Program-made: the position numbers and the translations under genes | The notes under the pieces: model-generated | The model's database searches: none | The model's input: the letters and a program-made list of their open reading frames with translations, nothing else | Told to the model about the DNA's origin: nothing | Assembly: GCA_963674595.2 (NCBI GenBank) | Contig: CAXXFV010000029.1 | Coordinates: 32,001 to 96,000 of the forward strand | From: a bacterium | Lineage (GTDB): Bacteria; Zhuqueibacterota; Zhuqueibacteria; Residuimicrobiales; Krinioviventaceae | DNA length: 64,000 nucleotides | Reading direction: 5' to 3' | Part shown: positions 20,583 through 30,334 of the stretch, piece by piece | Numbering within the stretch: the first letter of the stretch is position 1 | How the letters are laid out: every line of letters begins with the position of its first letter

Positions 20583-21842
20583 ATGAATTACAAAAAAATA
20601 ATAGAATTTTCAGCCCTCCGCGAACAGGCAGGTTTATCAATAGATCAAGTTGCAAACCTTACAGGTACAACATCCAGGACAATCTATCGATGGGAAAATG
20701 GTGAAACAAAACCCAATAAACTCGCTATAAATATTCTTCGAGATATTGTCAAAGAATATAGAACAGTAAAAAAAGAAAGTAATAATTTTACTTTTATCGA
20801 TTTGTTTGCAGGTATAGGTGGAATGCGTATTGCTTTTGAATCGATTGGTGGTGAGTGTGTTTACACAAGTGAATGGGATAAACATGCTGTAAAAACATAT
20901 CTTGCAAATTTTCCAGAGACACACAAAATTGATGGCGATATTATAAGAGTAAATCTCGATGATATTCCGAAACACAATGTATTAGTTGCTGGATTTCCAT
21001 GTCAACCTTTTTCAATTGCAGGAGTTTCTAAAAAAAATTCATTAGGTAAGCCACATGGATTTCGAGATAAAACTCAAGGAACTTTATTCTTTAAAATTGC
21101 AGAAATTCTCGAACGACATGAACCTGACGCTTTTCTGTTAGAAAATGTAAAAAATCTAAAAAGCCATGATCGAGGTCGGACCTTTAATATAATTTGTGAA
21201 ACATTGGACGAACTCGGCTACACTTTTGATACAAAAATAATCGATGCAAAATCCTTTGTTCCACAACACCGCGAAAGGGTTTTTATTGTTGGTTTTAAAA
21301 AAGATATGGGATTCAATTTTCAAACACTCAAAATTAATAAGCCAGAAACCGGCCCTAAACTTCGATCTATTCTGCATCCGGAAGATGGCACAGAGTCACC
21401 AACACCATATACAGAAGAAACAACAGGAAAAGTGAAACCCAAATTTACACTATCAGAAAATTTATGGAACTATTTACAAAGTTACGCAGAAAAGCACCGA
21501 GCTAAAGGTAATGGTTTTGGATTCGGTTTAGTTGGACCGAGCGACACAGCCCGGACACTTTCAGCCAGATATTACAAGGACGGTTCTGAAATTTTAATAA
21601 GACAACGAAAGGAAAGGCCAAGAAGATTAACCCCGCGAGAATGCTCTAGACTTATGGGCTTTGATAATTTCTATAGAGAATTCAAAATACCTGTTTCCGA
21701 TACACAAGCATATAAACAGTTTGGAAATTCTGTCGTTGTTCCAGTCGTTGAAGCTGTCGCTTCACATATGCTTCCTTATATTTTAGGTAAAAAATCAGGA
21801 ATTTCTGCAAAACAGCTTAAGCTTGATTATGCCGAATATTAG
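20583..21842 (+). CDS. dcm: C5-cytosine DNA methyltransferase with N-terminal HTH (Dcm/M.EcoRII-like)
   Basis: FIDLFAGIGG, GFPCQPFS, ENVKNL, RTLSARYYKDGSEIL, YKQFGNSV. Confidence 0.93.
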   Translation: MNYKKIIEFSALREQAGLSIDQVANLTGTTSRTIYRWENGETKPNKLAINILRDIVKEYRTVKKESNNFTFIDLFAGIGGMRIAFESIGGECVYTSEWDKHAVKTYLANFPETHKIDGDIIRVNLDDIPKHNVLVAGFPCQPFSIAGVSKKNSLGKPHGFRDKTQGTLFFKIAEILERHEPDAFLLENVKNLKSHDRGRTFNIICETLDELGYTFDTKIIDAKSFVPQHRERVFIVGFKKDMGFNFQTLKINKPETGPKLRSILHPEDGTESPTPYTEETTGKVKPKFTLSENLWNYLQSYAEKHRAKGNGFGFGLVGPSDTARTLSARYYKDGSEILIRQRKERPRRLTPRECSRLMGFDNFYREFKIPVSDTQAYKQFGNSVVVPVVEAVASHMLPYILGKKSGISAKQLKLDYAEY

Positions 21843-21855
21843 GATTTTATAAGTA

Positions 21856-22323
21856 ATGGTAGATGTTGTAAGCCCTCAAAAACGTAGCCAAATGATGTCG
21901 GGTATTCGCGGAAAGGATACAAAACCTGAACTTCAAATAAGAAAAGCCCTGCATGCACGAGGTTTTAGATATCGATTACATAATAAAAATCTCCCAGGGA
22001 AACCGGATTTAACTTTACCAAAATATAATGCTGTTATTTTTGTTCATGGTTGTTTTTGGCATTTACATGATTGTCATTTATTTAAATGGCCATCAACACG
22101 ACCAGAGTTTTGGCAAAAAAAAATAACAGGTAATAAAATTAAAGATAAAGAAAGTATCACCAAATTAAAAAAATCAAATTGGAGAATTTTGATAGTTTGG
22201 GAATGCGCTTTAAAAGGTAAAGAAAAACTTGATTTTCAATACATAATTGATACAATTGATAAGTGGCTCAATTCTTCCCAAAATTTTTTTGAAATAAAAG
22301 GTGAAAGCAAAACAAATGATTAA
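21856..22323 (+). CDS. vsr: very-short-patch repair endonuclease
   Basis: RS.MMS.IRGKDTKPE, LPGKPD, FVHGCFWH. Confidence 0.95.
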   Translation: MVDVVSPQKRSQMMSGIRGKDTKPELQIRKALHARGFRYRLHNKNLPGKPDLTLPKYNAVIFVHGCFWHLHDCHLFKWPSTRPEFWQKKITGNKIKDKESITKLKKSNWRILIVWECALKGKEKLDFQYIIDTIDKWLNSSQNFFEIKGESKTND

Positions 22324-23521
22324 AGGATTTCTTTCAAATTATTTCAAAGGTATAGCAGCCAAATATTTAAGCTCGGTTGAAACTCATCCAGAAAATTCAA
22401 ATCAACATGAATTCAATGGAATTGCCGCCTTAAAAACAATACTTGGTGAGTCAAAATATACTTTTAGCTCAAGAATTCTCTATTTGGGTTCAGACGAAAA
22501 CGATATTATTTCAACTGAATGCAAGCTTACATGGTATGACGCAAGAGAAAGCCACCCGTCTCGCTCGGAATACCGCCTATATTTCCAGACTAATCCAGTA
22601 CTTGAACAAGCTGATATTGGAGATTTACTCATCATTGGTCTTACAAGCGATGATACATTATTTATAGTGATTGCGAAAGCAAATACAACTTATGAATCAC
22701 AACTTCGTTGGCTATTCGCTCTTGATGAAATAGGTGAGCGTTTCAATGTTCGAAAAATCGAGGATAAAAACGACTTTCAGTTAAATTTCTCGATCAGATA
22801 CATATTTGATGAACTAGGAATCGAGATTAAAGAAAAAGCTGATGATTTTCTTGATTTGTTAATACAACGTTTTGAGGATAATTTCCCGACAACACATGAT
22901 TTTTCAGATTTTGCACGACAAACATCAGATCCAATCACAATTTTTGATGATCCAGATACTACAATTGTTAACTGGATAGATCACGAAGAAATGTTGTTTC
23001 GAACGTTTGAAAAACATCTCGTGTCACAAAAATTGGATGAAGGTTTTAACGATGTTGATGAATTTATAAGCTATTCTCTCAGTATACAAAATCGTCGAAA
23101 ATCCAGAGCAGGCTTTGCTCTAGAAAATCATCTAGAATATCTTTTTCTTCAAATGAATGTTGATTATTCAAGAGGGAAAATGACCGAAAACAGGTCAAAA
23201 CCTGATTTCATCTTTCCCGGTATTAGTCAATACCAAGACAATAACTTTCCAAATAACAACCTTACGATGCTTGGTGTAAAATCAACGTGTAAAGATAGAT
23301 GGCGACAAGTATTATCTGAAGCCTCTAAAATAAAAAAGAAACATTTATTTACACTGGAACCTTCGATATCATGTAATCAAACTGACGAAATGATTGCGAA
23401 TAATTTACAACTTGTTCTTCCAGAAAGTTTGCATAATTCCTATCAAAGGAGCCAGCGTATCTGGCTTATTAATTTAGCAGAATTTATAAACATTGTCAAA
23501 ATTCGTCAAAAAAACTCGTAG
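22301..23521 (+). CDS. EcoRII-like type II restriction endonuclease
   Basis: SNQHEFNG, RSEYRL, NRRKSRAG.ALE.HL, KPDFIFP, KSTCKDRWRQVL. Confidence 0.9.
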   Translation: MKAKQMIKGFLSNYFKGIAAKYLSSVETHPENSNQHEFNGIAALKTILGESKYTFSSRILYLGSDENDIISTECKLTWYDARESHPSRSEYRLYFQTNPVLEQADIGDLLIIGLTSDDTLFIVIAKANTTYESQLRWLFALDEIGERFNVRKIEDKNDFQLNFSIRYIFDELGIEIKEKADDFLDLLIQRFEDNFPTTHDFSDFARQTSDPITIFDDPDTTIVNWIDHEEMLFRTFEKHLVSQKLDEGFNDVDEFISYSLSIQNRRKSRAGFALENHLEYLFLQMNVDYSRGKMTENRSKPDFIFPGISQYQDNNFPNNNLTMLGVKSTCKDRWRQVLSEASKIKKKHLFTLEPSISCNQTDEMIANNLQLVLPESLHNSYQRSQRIWLINLAEFINIVKIRQKNS

Positions 23522-23705
23522 CCCCACTCAACATCCAACAAACAAACAAAATAGAAAAAACCATTATTTAAAATTTGCAGTTAAACAAAAATTCGCTCAA
23601 TATCTGTTGGGCCCACAAAGCGAGCCCACCCCACCCGATTAAATCCTCCCCCCCTCCCCAAAAACCCCTTTATTAACCATCTAAAATTCCGTATATTATA
23701 AAACC

Positions 23706-24905
23706 ATGAACAGCTATCAACAACTTTTTAATACAACGAATCCGCACATTCGGGACGGCCAGATCGGGCTGCTGTGTAATCAAACGGCTTTTGACGCAGG
23801 AAGCGGCACGTATCTGTTTCAGCTATTGGCTGAAAAGTTTAACCTGAAACGGTTGTTTTTCCCGGAGCACGGTTTGTTTGCCGAGCTGCAGGACCAGGTG
23901 CCGCTGGACTCGTCCGAAGCCTATCGTTTTTTAAACATGGACTGCGAGTTCCGCTCTCTGTACGGCAGCACGGACAAAACCCTGCGGGTGGACGCGGCAG
24001 ACCTGTCCGATTTGGATGCGCTGATTGTGGATATTCAGGACGTTGGCAGCCGCTATTACACCTTTGCCACCACGCTCAGTTATCTGCTGGAAAAAATTGC
24101 CGCGCACAAACCGGGCCTGCTTGTGTATATCATCGACCACCCCAATCCGGCCGGGCGCAAGGTGGAAGGCACGCCCCTGGACCCTGTGTACGAGTCCTTT
24201 GTCGGGCGGCCGGGTCTGGTGCACCGGCATGGTCTCACCATTGGTGAGCTGGCGCTTTTTTATCAGCACCAGATCGGCGCACACCTGAATTTAGAGATTG
24301 CCAGATACACCACAACCGGCGCGTCTGGCCTCACCACCTGGGACGTCCCTCCTTCTCCCAACATGCCGGGGCCATACACGCCCCTGGTTTATACGGGTCA
24401 ATGTTTGCTGGAGGGCACGAACCTGAGTGAAGGACGGGGCACCACGCGTCCTTTTGAAATTTTCGGCGCGCCTTTTCTAACGAACACGTTCAAGGTGAAC
24501 GCCTGGCCCCATGAACCGGGCGCGGTGCTGAGGCCGTTAAAATTTATCCCCACGTTTCACAAACACGCGCAGCAGGTGTGCAGCGGATTTCAGGTCCATC
24601 TCACAGGTCCATCCTACAACTCGCTGGCCCATTCGCTCAAGTTTTTGCGATATGTGAAGGACCATTTTTCAGCCTTTGAATGGCGCACGGAAGAGTATGA
24701 ATTTATATCCGACAAACCGGCCATAGAAATCCTTGCCGGTGACGAGGCGCTGATCAGCTATCTGTACGGGGAGGAAAAATATTCAGCGGTCCGCGAAAAA
24801 ATGACACAGGAGGAACAAAAATGGATGGACACGGCGTCGCAGTTTTTGCTGTATCCGCAGCCGCTTTTTCGGGCGGACCTAAAGCCGGAGTTTGATTACG
24901 CCTGA
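23706..24905 (+). CDS. exo-beta-N-acetylmuramidase NamZ family (DUF1343)
   Basis: PEHG, DIQDVGSRYYTF, HGLTIGEL, SPNMP, SEGRGTTRPFE. Confidence 0.9.
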   Translation: MNSYQQLFNTTNPHIRDGQIGLLCNQTAFDAGSGTYLFQLLAEKFNLKRLFFPEHGLFAELQDQVPLDSSEAYRFLNMDCEFRSLYGSTDKTLRVDAADLSDLDALIVDIQDVGSRYYTFATTLSYLLEKIAAHKPGLLVYIIDHPNPAGRKVEGTPLDPVYESFVGRPGLVHRHGLTIGELALFYQHQIGAHLNLEIARYTTTGASGLTTWDVPPSPNMPGPYTPLVYTGQCLLEGTNLSEGRGTTRPFEIFGAPFLTNTFKVNAWPHEPGAVLRPLKFIPTFHKHAQQVCSGFQVHLTGPSYNSLAHSLKFLRYVKDHFSAFEWRTEEYEFISDKPAIEILAGDEALISYLYGEEKYSAVREKMTQEEQKWMDTASQFLLYPQPLFRADLKPEFDYA

Positions 24906-24948
24906 ATCAAGTGACGGGTTATCAGCATATTAGCGCTTAATAAAAATT

Positions 24949-25668
24949 ATGATTAATAGACAGACAATTACATATTCAACATTAGTTGTTTACTTTTTCT
25001 CAATAATGATATTGATAATGGTTGTATTTTTTAAATTATTTTTATCCATTATTTTTGGGCCGTTTATTGATATGTTGGCAATGATTGGGGCCTTTATATT
25101 ATCATTATTATCCTCTCTACTATTGATTTTTTTAATAAAGAAAAGTGTAATATACAAAGTCATTCCGATTCTTATTCTAATTACGCTTTGTTTAATATTC
25201 TTTTCTCCTTTACGATTTGATTTTTCCAGAAAACTTTATTATCAAATAAATAAAGGTCGGTTACATAAAATTGAAGCAATCCTAAGTGAGAATCCAGAAA
25301 TTGAAGAAATGTCTGATTTACAAAGGCATCATAAAAATATAAATGAGAAATCTTTTTCTGATAAAGATATAGTCAAAAATAAAAAGCAAATTCAAGCAAA
25401 GTTTGGTGATTATTTAAAAGAAACACATATTGATATCGATATCATAGTTCAGTTACGTAATTTAATGGATAGGTCTGAAATTATAGAGATTAGAAATTAT
25501 GATAAATATTTATTGTGCACGATTGATGGATTTATTGATAATGAATTTGGAGTTCTTAAACTTAAGGATGGTACTCTAAAAGAAGGAGATTCTATTGAAC
25601 CATGGGGATTTAGAATTGTTACCCTTGAAGAAATAGGAGATGGCTGGTATTATTGGGCAGCAACGTAA
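24949..25668 (+). CDS. hypothetical membrane protein, probable integron gene cassette
   Basis: Very AT-rich ORF with three N-terminal TM segments, followed by an attC-like site. Confidence 0.7.
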   Translation: MINRQTITYSTLVVYFFSIMILIMVVFFKLFLSIIFGPFIDMLAMIGAFILSLLSSLLLIFLIKKSVIYKVIPILILITLCLIFFSPLRFDFSRKLYYQINKGRLHKIEAILSENPEIEEMSDLQRHHKNINEKSFSDKDIVKNKKQIQAKFGDYLKETHIDIDIIVQLRNLMDRSEIIEIRNYDKYLLCTIDGFIDNEFGVLKLKDGTLKEGDSIEPWGFRIVTLEEIGDGWYYWAAT

Positions 25669-25746
25669 CTGAGAAATAATTTCGTTAGGTGCATTTTTCG
25701 GTTCGTGCGTCAACAACCAAATCTGCTCATTACCTTGCGTCTGTTG

Positions 25747-25881
25747 CACTAACAAATGCATTCACTTGAAAAAAGGGTAAATTTTAAAATCCAGAAAAAT
25801 TGTGCGGCGGGTCAAAACTTAATTATTTCAAAACGGATGAAGCGAAGCCAGCCATTTTTCAAGTGATGCTCGTCGTTAACA
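25747..25881 (+). mobile_element. integron attC-like site
   Basis: R'' CACTAAC; arm GCATTCACTTGAAAAA pairs with TTTTTCAAGTGATGC with one extra base; R' GTTAACA; 135 bp. Confidence 0.72.
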
Positions 25882-25980
25882 CGTTTTCACTTGCATTTTA
25901 GGTCACTTTTAATTATTGTTAACCTGACAAGATTTTAAAATTTCCCAATAGAACAACTCATCAACCATTAGAGGAGTCAC

Positions 25981-26523
25981 ATGAAAAAACTAACATTATT
26001 TTTAACCGCAGCGCTTTTTATAACTCTGCTGCAATCCTGTACCAATACCGATAAAAAGCTCTATGGGACCTGGAAACTGGACACAAAACAATCGACCGAT
26101 CTTGTTACCTGGAGATACCGACAGCTTGAAGTGAATATTGAAAAAAACGAACAGGGTGTGGTAAGCATCGTTAACAACTGGATGGAGCGCGGCAAAGTTG
26201 CCAATATCGATTCCATGGCGTTTGTTCCGGGACAGGGCGTTACTGAAATTCCTGTCACGTCACAAATCTGGCCGGAAAACTGGTACATGGGTGTTTTGGC
26301 AAAACTGGGCACCATGAAAAAAGCAAGCGGCGAATGGCAGGAACCGGACCGCAAGCTTGCAGTAACACGGGAACTGACCGTGGAAATATCACAGGGCGAT
26401 ACCGTATTTGAAACCACTTTTGAATATTCTTTGGACCGGCGCGGCGATACCATGACCATTATTGAAAAAAGATCAACACGCCCAACGCCCATAACTCTAG
26501 TTTTAACCAGAGTTGTCGAATAA
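25981..26523 (+). CDS. hypothetical lipoprotein
   Basis: GAGGAG RBS; LQSC lipobox; LYGTWKLD lipocalin-like motif. Confidence 0.8.
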   Translation: MKKLTLFLTAALFITLLQSCTNTDKKLYGTWKLDTKQSTDLVTWRYRQLEVNIEKNEQGVVSIVNNWMERGKVANIDSMAFVPGQGVTEIPVTSQIWPENWYMGVLAKLGTMKKASGEWQEPDRKLAVTRELTVEISQGDTVFETTFEYSLDRRGDTMTIIEKRSTRPTPITLVLTRVVE

Positions 26524-26546
26524 CATTTAACAAAAGACCTGAAATT

Positions 26547-28169
26547 GTGAAAGGAAATAATATGATTAAATATAAATGGCTTGCCCTGTTATTGGCGCTC
26601 ATTTTTGTTGTTCCGGTATTCAGTCAGACAGCCGATGAAATGTATGTAATGACCCTGGATAACAACTGGGAAATTGACGGCGATCTGCCGACCAAAGCGA
26701 TGCTGATCAGTCTTCAGGGTGTGGCGAATCTGGATGCCCCGCGGCTCTACTTTTTGTATCCGCAAAAATGGGATTTTAAATTTTCCGAACCGCTGATGAA
26801 CTATTATAATACCTCACGCAATATGGAGTTTACCCCGCTGACCACGCCCGAAGAGGCCCTGGAAAAACTGAGCCGTTTTGTAAAAGGCTATGTTGTTTGG
26901 GACAAATCAGAGCGCACGTCGCTGATTGTTGCCTTTACCGCCGCCGGTCAATACGAGTCCATTATTGTTTCGGAAGAACTGATTCCATTGGCTGAAAAAT
27001 ACGGTCTGAAAATGAAAGCCGATTTTCGCGGTCAATTTACGGGTCAGAGTGATTATGAAATTTATACCTGGGCCTATAAAGAATATTGGAAAAACTGCAG
27101 CCGCGATTACCTGGTTTATATGGGCGGCGAGCACGGCAAAATTATGAAACCGGGTATTGCTGATTTTGGTATCCACAAAAAAGCGTTTTTCACCGACGCT
27201 TCCACCAATCCTGCTGACACGCTGGAATATCATTTTGCCAAACGCTTGTTCCGTGAAATGAAACCCATGAGCCTGGTTATGGGATGGCATTCCTATAAAA
27301 AAGACAAAGAAGCCCAGCACGCGCGTTTGGCTTCCAACTATGCATTGCGTATAGAAGGTTTGCACACGCTGCCGAATATGAGTTTTAACCATCAGATTGG
27401 GTTAACGCCCGGATACAAGTTTAAAAACAATCACAGTGTTGAACCCGGCAAAGAATATGTTCCGGAAAACAAAGTGTACCTGGCCTGCATTCAAACAGAC
27501 TGTCTCGGACTTGGCGCCTGGACCGAACCCGGCCGCGGTGATATTCCATACGCATGGGAAGTGACCATGAACTGGTCATGGCTGGCCCCGGCCATGCTGC
27601 AGTTTTTTTATGACGAATCGACCCCCAACGACTATTTTATCGGTTCGCTTTCGGGTCCCGGATATATGTACCCCAAGGCCATTCCTATGGAGTATTTGCC
27701 GGAAACCGTGGAAAAAGCTTACGAGTTGATGCAAACCCTGGACCTCAATTCTTTTGAACTGATGGAGCACACCAATTATTGGGAAACCGACGGTTTGGAT
27801 GACGATATTACCGAAGAGGTTATGGACGAATATTATAAAGGCATGCCCGACGCAATCGGATTTGCCAACGGTTACCGTCCGGCCCATACCTTTGCCGTTA
27901 AAAACGGTGTTCCTTTTATCTCTTTTGATTATTATTTGTCTGAAAAACGTGACGAAGACGAAGCCGCCGCCGATATTATTGAGCTGGCTAATTTGAACAG
28001 CAACAGGCCCTATTTCTGTCTGCTGCACGTTCGTGAATTCGGTCATATTGAACGCGTAAAACGGATTCTCGGCAAACTCGGTCCGGACTTTGAGCTGGTG
28101 CCGCTGGATGTCTTTTTCAAAATGGCCGGTAACAATCCGACCTACACAACGCGATACGCTGAACAATAG
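26547..28169 (+). CDS. GxGYxYP-family putative glycoside hydrolase
   Basis: SLQG.AN, SGPGYMYP motif, signal peptide. Confidence 0.85.
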   Translation: MKGNNMIKYKWLALLLALIFVVPVFSQTADEMYVMTLDNNWEIDGDLPTKAMLISLQGVANLDAPRLYFLYPQKWDFKFSEPLMNYYNTSRNMEFTPLTTPEEALEKLSRFVKGYVVWDKSERTSLIVAFTAAGQYESIIVSEELIPLAEKYGLKMKADFRGQFTGQSDYEIYTWAYKEYWKNCSRDYLVYMGGEHGKIMKPGIADFGIHKKAFFTDASTNPADTLEYHFAKRLFREMKPMSLVMGWHSYKKDKEAQHARLASNYALRIEGLHTLPNMSFNHQIGLTPGYKFKNNHSVEPGKEYVPENKVYLACIQTDCLGLGAWTEPGRGDIPYAWEVTMNWSWLAPAMLQFFYDESTPNDYFIGSLSGPGYMYPKAIPMEYLPETVEKAYELMQTLDLNSFELMEHTNYWETDGLDDDITEEVMDEYYKGMPDAIGFANGYRPAHTFAVKNGVPFISFDYYLSEKRDEDEAAADIIELANLNSNRPYFCLLHVREFGHIERVKRILGKLGPDFELVPLDVFFKMAGNNPTYTTRYAEQ

Positions 28170-28177
28170 ATAATTTT

Positions 28178-28206
28178 AAGCCCTGATCTTTCAGGGCTTT
28201 TTTTTT
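28178..28206 (+). terminator. rho-independent terminator
   Basis: AAGCCCTGA-TCTT-TCAGGGCTT followed by a T run. Confidence 0.85.
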
Positions 28207-28259
28207 GGAGGGGTACCTGCTTTGGAATAATGCTGTTTTTTCTACAACTGATTCAATAT

Positions 28260-29330
28260 ATCTCTCACAAAGGCACAAAGGTCACAGAGAAATAAAAAAC
28301 ATCAATCCAGTCCTTTGTGTCCTTTGTATATTCTTTGTGTTCATTGTGGTAAAAAGATAACCATTTAAAAAGCCTCAGCACAGAGCCGAAGGGTGACTGG
28401 ATTCCTACTTGCGCAGGAATGACAAGTTTCGATCACATTGTGTCCTTTGTGTGTTCTTTGTATTCATTGTGGTAAAAAGATAACCATTAAAAAAAACCAC
28501 AGCACAGAGCCGAAGGGTGACTGGATTCCTGCTTGCGCAGGAATGACGGGTTTCGAGCACATTGTGTCCATTGTGTATTCTTTGTGTTCGTTGTGGTAAA
28601 AAGATAACCATTTAAAAGAGATTCAATGCGGAGTCGAAGCGGGAGCAATGTCGAGCGGATGTCACCCTGAGCGGAGTCGAAGGGTGCCCTCATCCTAAGC
28701 AAAGCCGAAGGGTGGCTGGATTCCTGCTTGCGCAGGAATGACGGGTTTCGAGCACATTGTGTCCATTGTGTATTCTTTGTGTTCGTTGTGGTAAAAAGAT
28801 AACCATTTAAAAGAGATTCAATGCGGAGTCGAAGCGGGAGCAATGTCGAGCGGATGTCACCCTGAGCGGAGTCTAAGGGTGTCCTCATCCTGAGCGGAGT
28901 CGAAGGGTGACTGGATTCCTGCTTGCGCAGGAATGACAAGTTTCGATCACATTGTGTCCTTTGTGTGTTCTTTGTATTCATTGTGGTAAAAAGATAACCA
29001 TTTAAAAAGCCTCAGCACAGAGCCGAAGGGTGACTGGATTCCTGCTTGCGCAGGAATGACGGGTTTCGAGCACATTGTGTCCTTTGTGTGTTCTTTGTGT
29101 TCATTGTGGTAAAAAGATAACCATTTAAAAAAAACCACAGCACAGAGCCGAAGGGTGACTGGATTCCTGCTTGCGCAGGAATGACAAGTTTCGAGCACAT
29201 TGTGTCCATTGTGTATTCTTTGTGTTCGTTGTGGTAAAAAGATAACCATTTAAAAGAGATTCAATGCGGAGTCGAAGCGGGAGCAATGTCGAGCGGATGT
29301 CACCCTGAGCGGAGTCTAAGGGTGTCCCCC
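28260..29330. repeat. tandem REP mosaic array (BIME-like), 7 units of about 122 or 195 bp
   Basis: GTGGTAAAAAGATAACCATT recurs 7 times, interleaved with GGATTCCTGCTTGCGCAGGAATGAC and CCTGAGCGGAGTCGAAGGG. Confidence 0.9.
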
Positions 29331-29362
29331 TACACTTGTATTAAACATTTCTCAAAAACCAC

Positions 29363-29560
29363 TTGCGCCAATAACACAAAATTTGTAATATGTATTATCA
29401 GCCATAAAGGACGATTTTTCAGGACAATTCGGTCGGATATGGGAGTTCATGAAAACCTTTAGCTGATTTACCACCTTAAAATTTATATATGGGAAGTTAC
29501 AGCACTTGCGAGGAAAGATTGCGTCGGAGTTATAATCATATTCCTGTTGTTAGCACTCAA
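29363..29560 (+). ncRNA. promoter + leader/ncRNA module, copy G
   Basis: TTGCGC-17bp-TAATAT; ATCAGC..AAAGG..TTTTCAGGAC / GTTCATGAAAA..CCTTTAGCTGAT; GAGGAAAGATTGCG..TAATCATATTCCT. Confidence 0.7.
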
Positions 29561-29782
29561 AAATATTGAGCAGGGCAAAATTGTGTCTGGCAAAACAATA
29601 TAAAAACGGCTAAATTTTACTACTGTAAATACGGATATAGAAATGTAAGAAAACTATGTTAGCGGAGTTTAGGAACGCTGTCTCTTTCAGAAAAGACCCG
29701 ATGTGTAACCGAAGAGACGTTCATCGTGTACGAAATGGAAATCGGTTTTTTAAAACTAAATGTATGTTGGAGAATTGGCTGA

Positions 29783-30190
29783 ATGGAATATCTGGGATCA
29801 TGTTTATGTAGAACGGTTAAATATAAAGTTACAGGAGAGTTTGAAAATTTCTATTTGTGCCATTGTCGGTACTGCCAGAAAGATACAGGCTCTTCACATG
29901 CAGCAAACTTGTTTTCATCAACAGCTAAACTTGAATGGCTTAGAGGTGAAAACAATGTACGAAAATTTCAAGTAAAAAAATCCAATCATGTAAGAGCATT
30001 CTGCTTAACATGTGGATCTGCCTTACCCAATGTGCAAATGGAAGGTAGGCTTCTGGTGGTCCCTGCGGGAAGTTTGGATTGTAAATTGGATAAAATACCA
30101 GATGGACACATATTCATTTCAAACAAAGCGAACTGGGATGAAGCACTGGAAACAGTGAAAAAATTTGAGCGATTTCCATTTAAAGAGTAA
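29783..30190 (+). CDS. GFA family (glutathione-dependent formaldehyde-activating-like) protein, integron cassette
   Basis: GSCLC, CHC..CQK.TG, FC..CGS motifs; bounded by GTTAGCGGA (29658) and TCCGCTAAC (30256). Confidence 0.9.
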   Translation: MEYLGSCLCRTVKYKVTGEFENFYLCHCRYCQKDTGSSHAANLFSSTAKLEWLRGENNVRKFQVKKSNHVRAFCLTCGSALPNVQMEGRLLVVPAGSLDCKLDKIPDGHIFISNKANWDEALETVKKFERFPFKE

Positions 30191-30257
30191 ATCGCTATGA
30201 ATCGTTAAAGTCTATTTCAAGGGCTATTAACAAGGAAAAAATGCTTGAAAAAAATTC

Positions 30258-30334
30258 CGCTAACAACTGCTTCCAGGGGACGCCATAACCGCGCTGTCGC
30301 GCGGTCACAGTGCCTGTTAAGCAGAGCATTATGT
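30258..30334 (+). mobile_element. integron attC site with degenerate R' box
   Basis: R'' CGCTAAC; CTGCTTCCAGG pairs imperfectly with CCTGTTAAGCAG; inner stem ACCGCGC/GCGCGGT; R' ATTATGT (G to A). Confidence 0.75.

Noticed and set aside
28405-29249. Minus-strand ORFs with repeated peptides (also 32741-33177, 34783-35127, 36354-36554, 39650-40009)
   Set aside because: They are translations of the palindromic DNA repeats in several frames.
28260-29330. Possible CRISPR array
   Set aside because: The intervening sequences are themselves repeated rather than unique spacers, the units are too long, and no cas genes are present.
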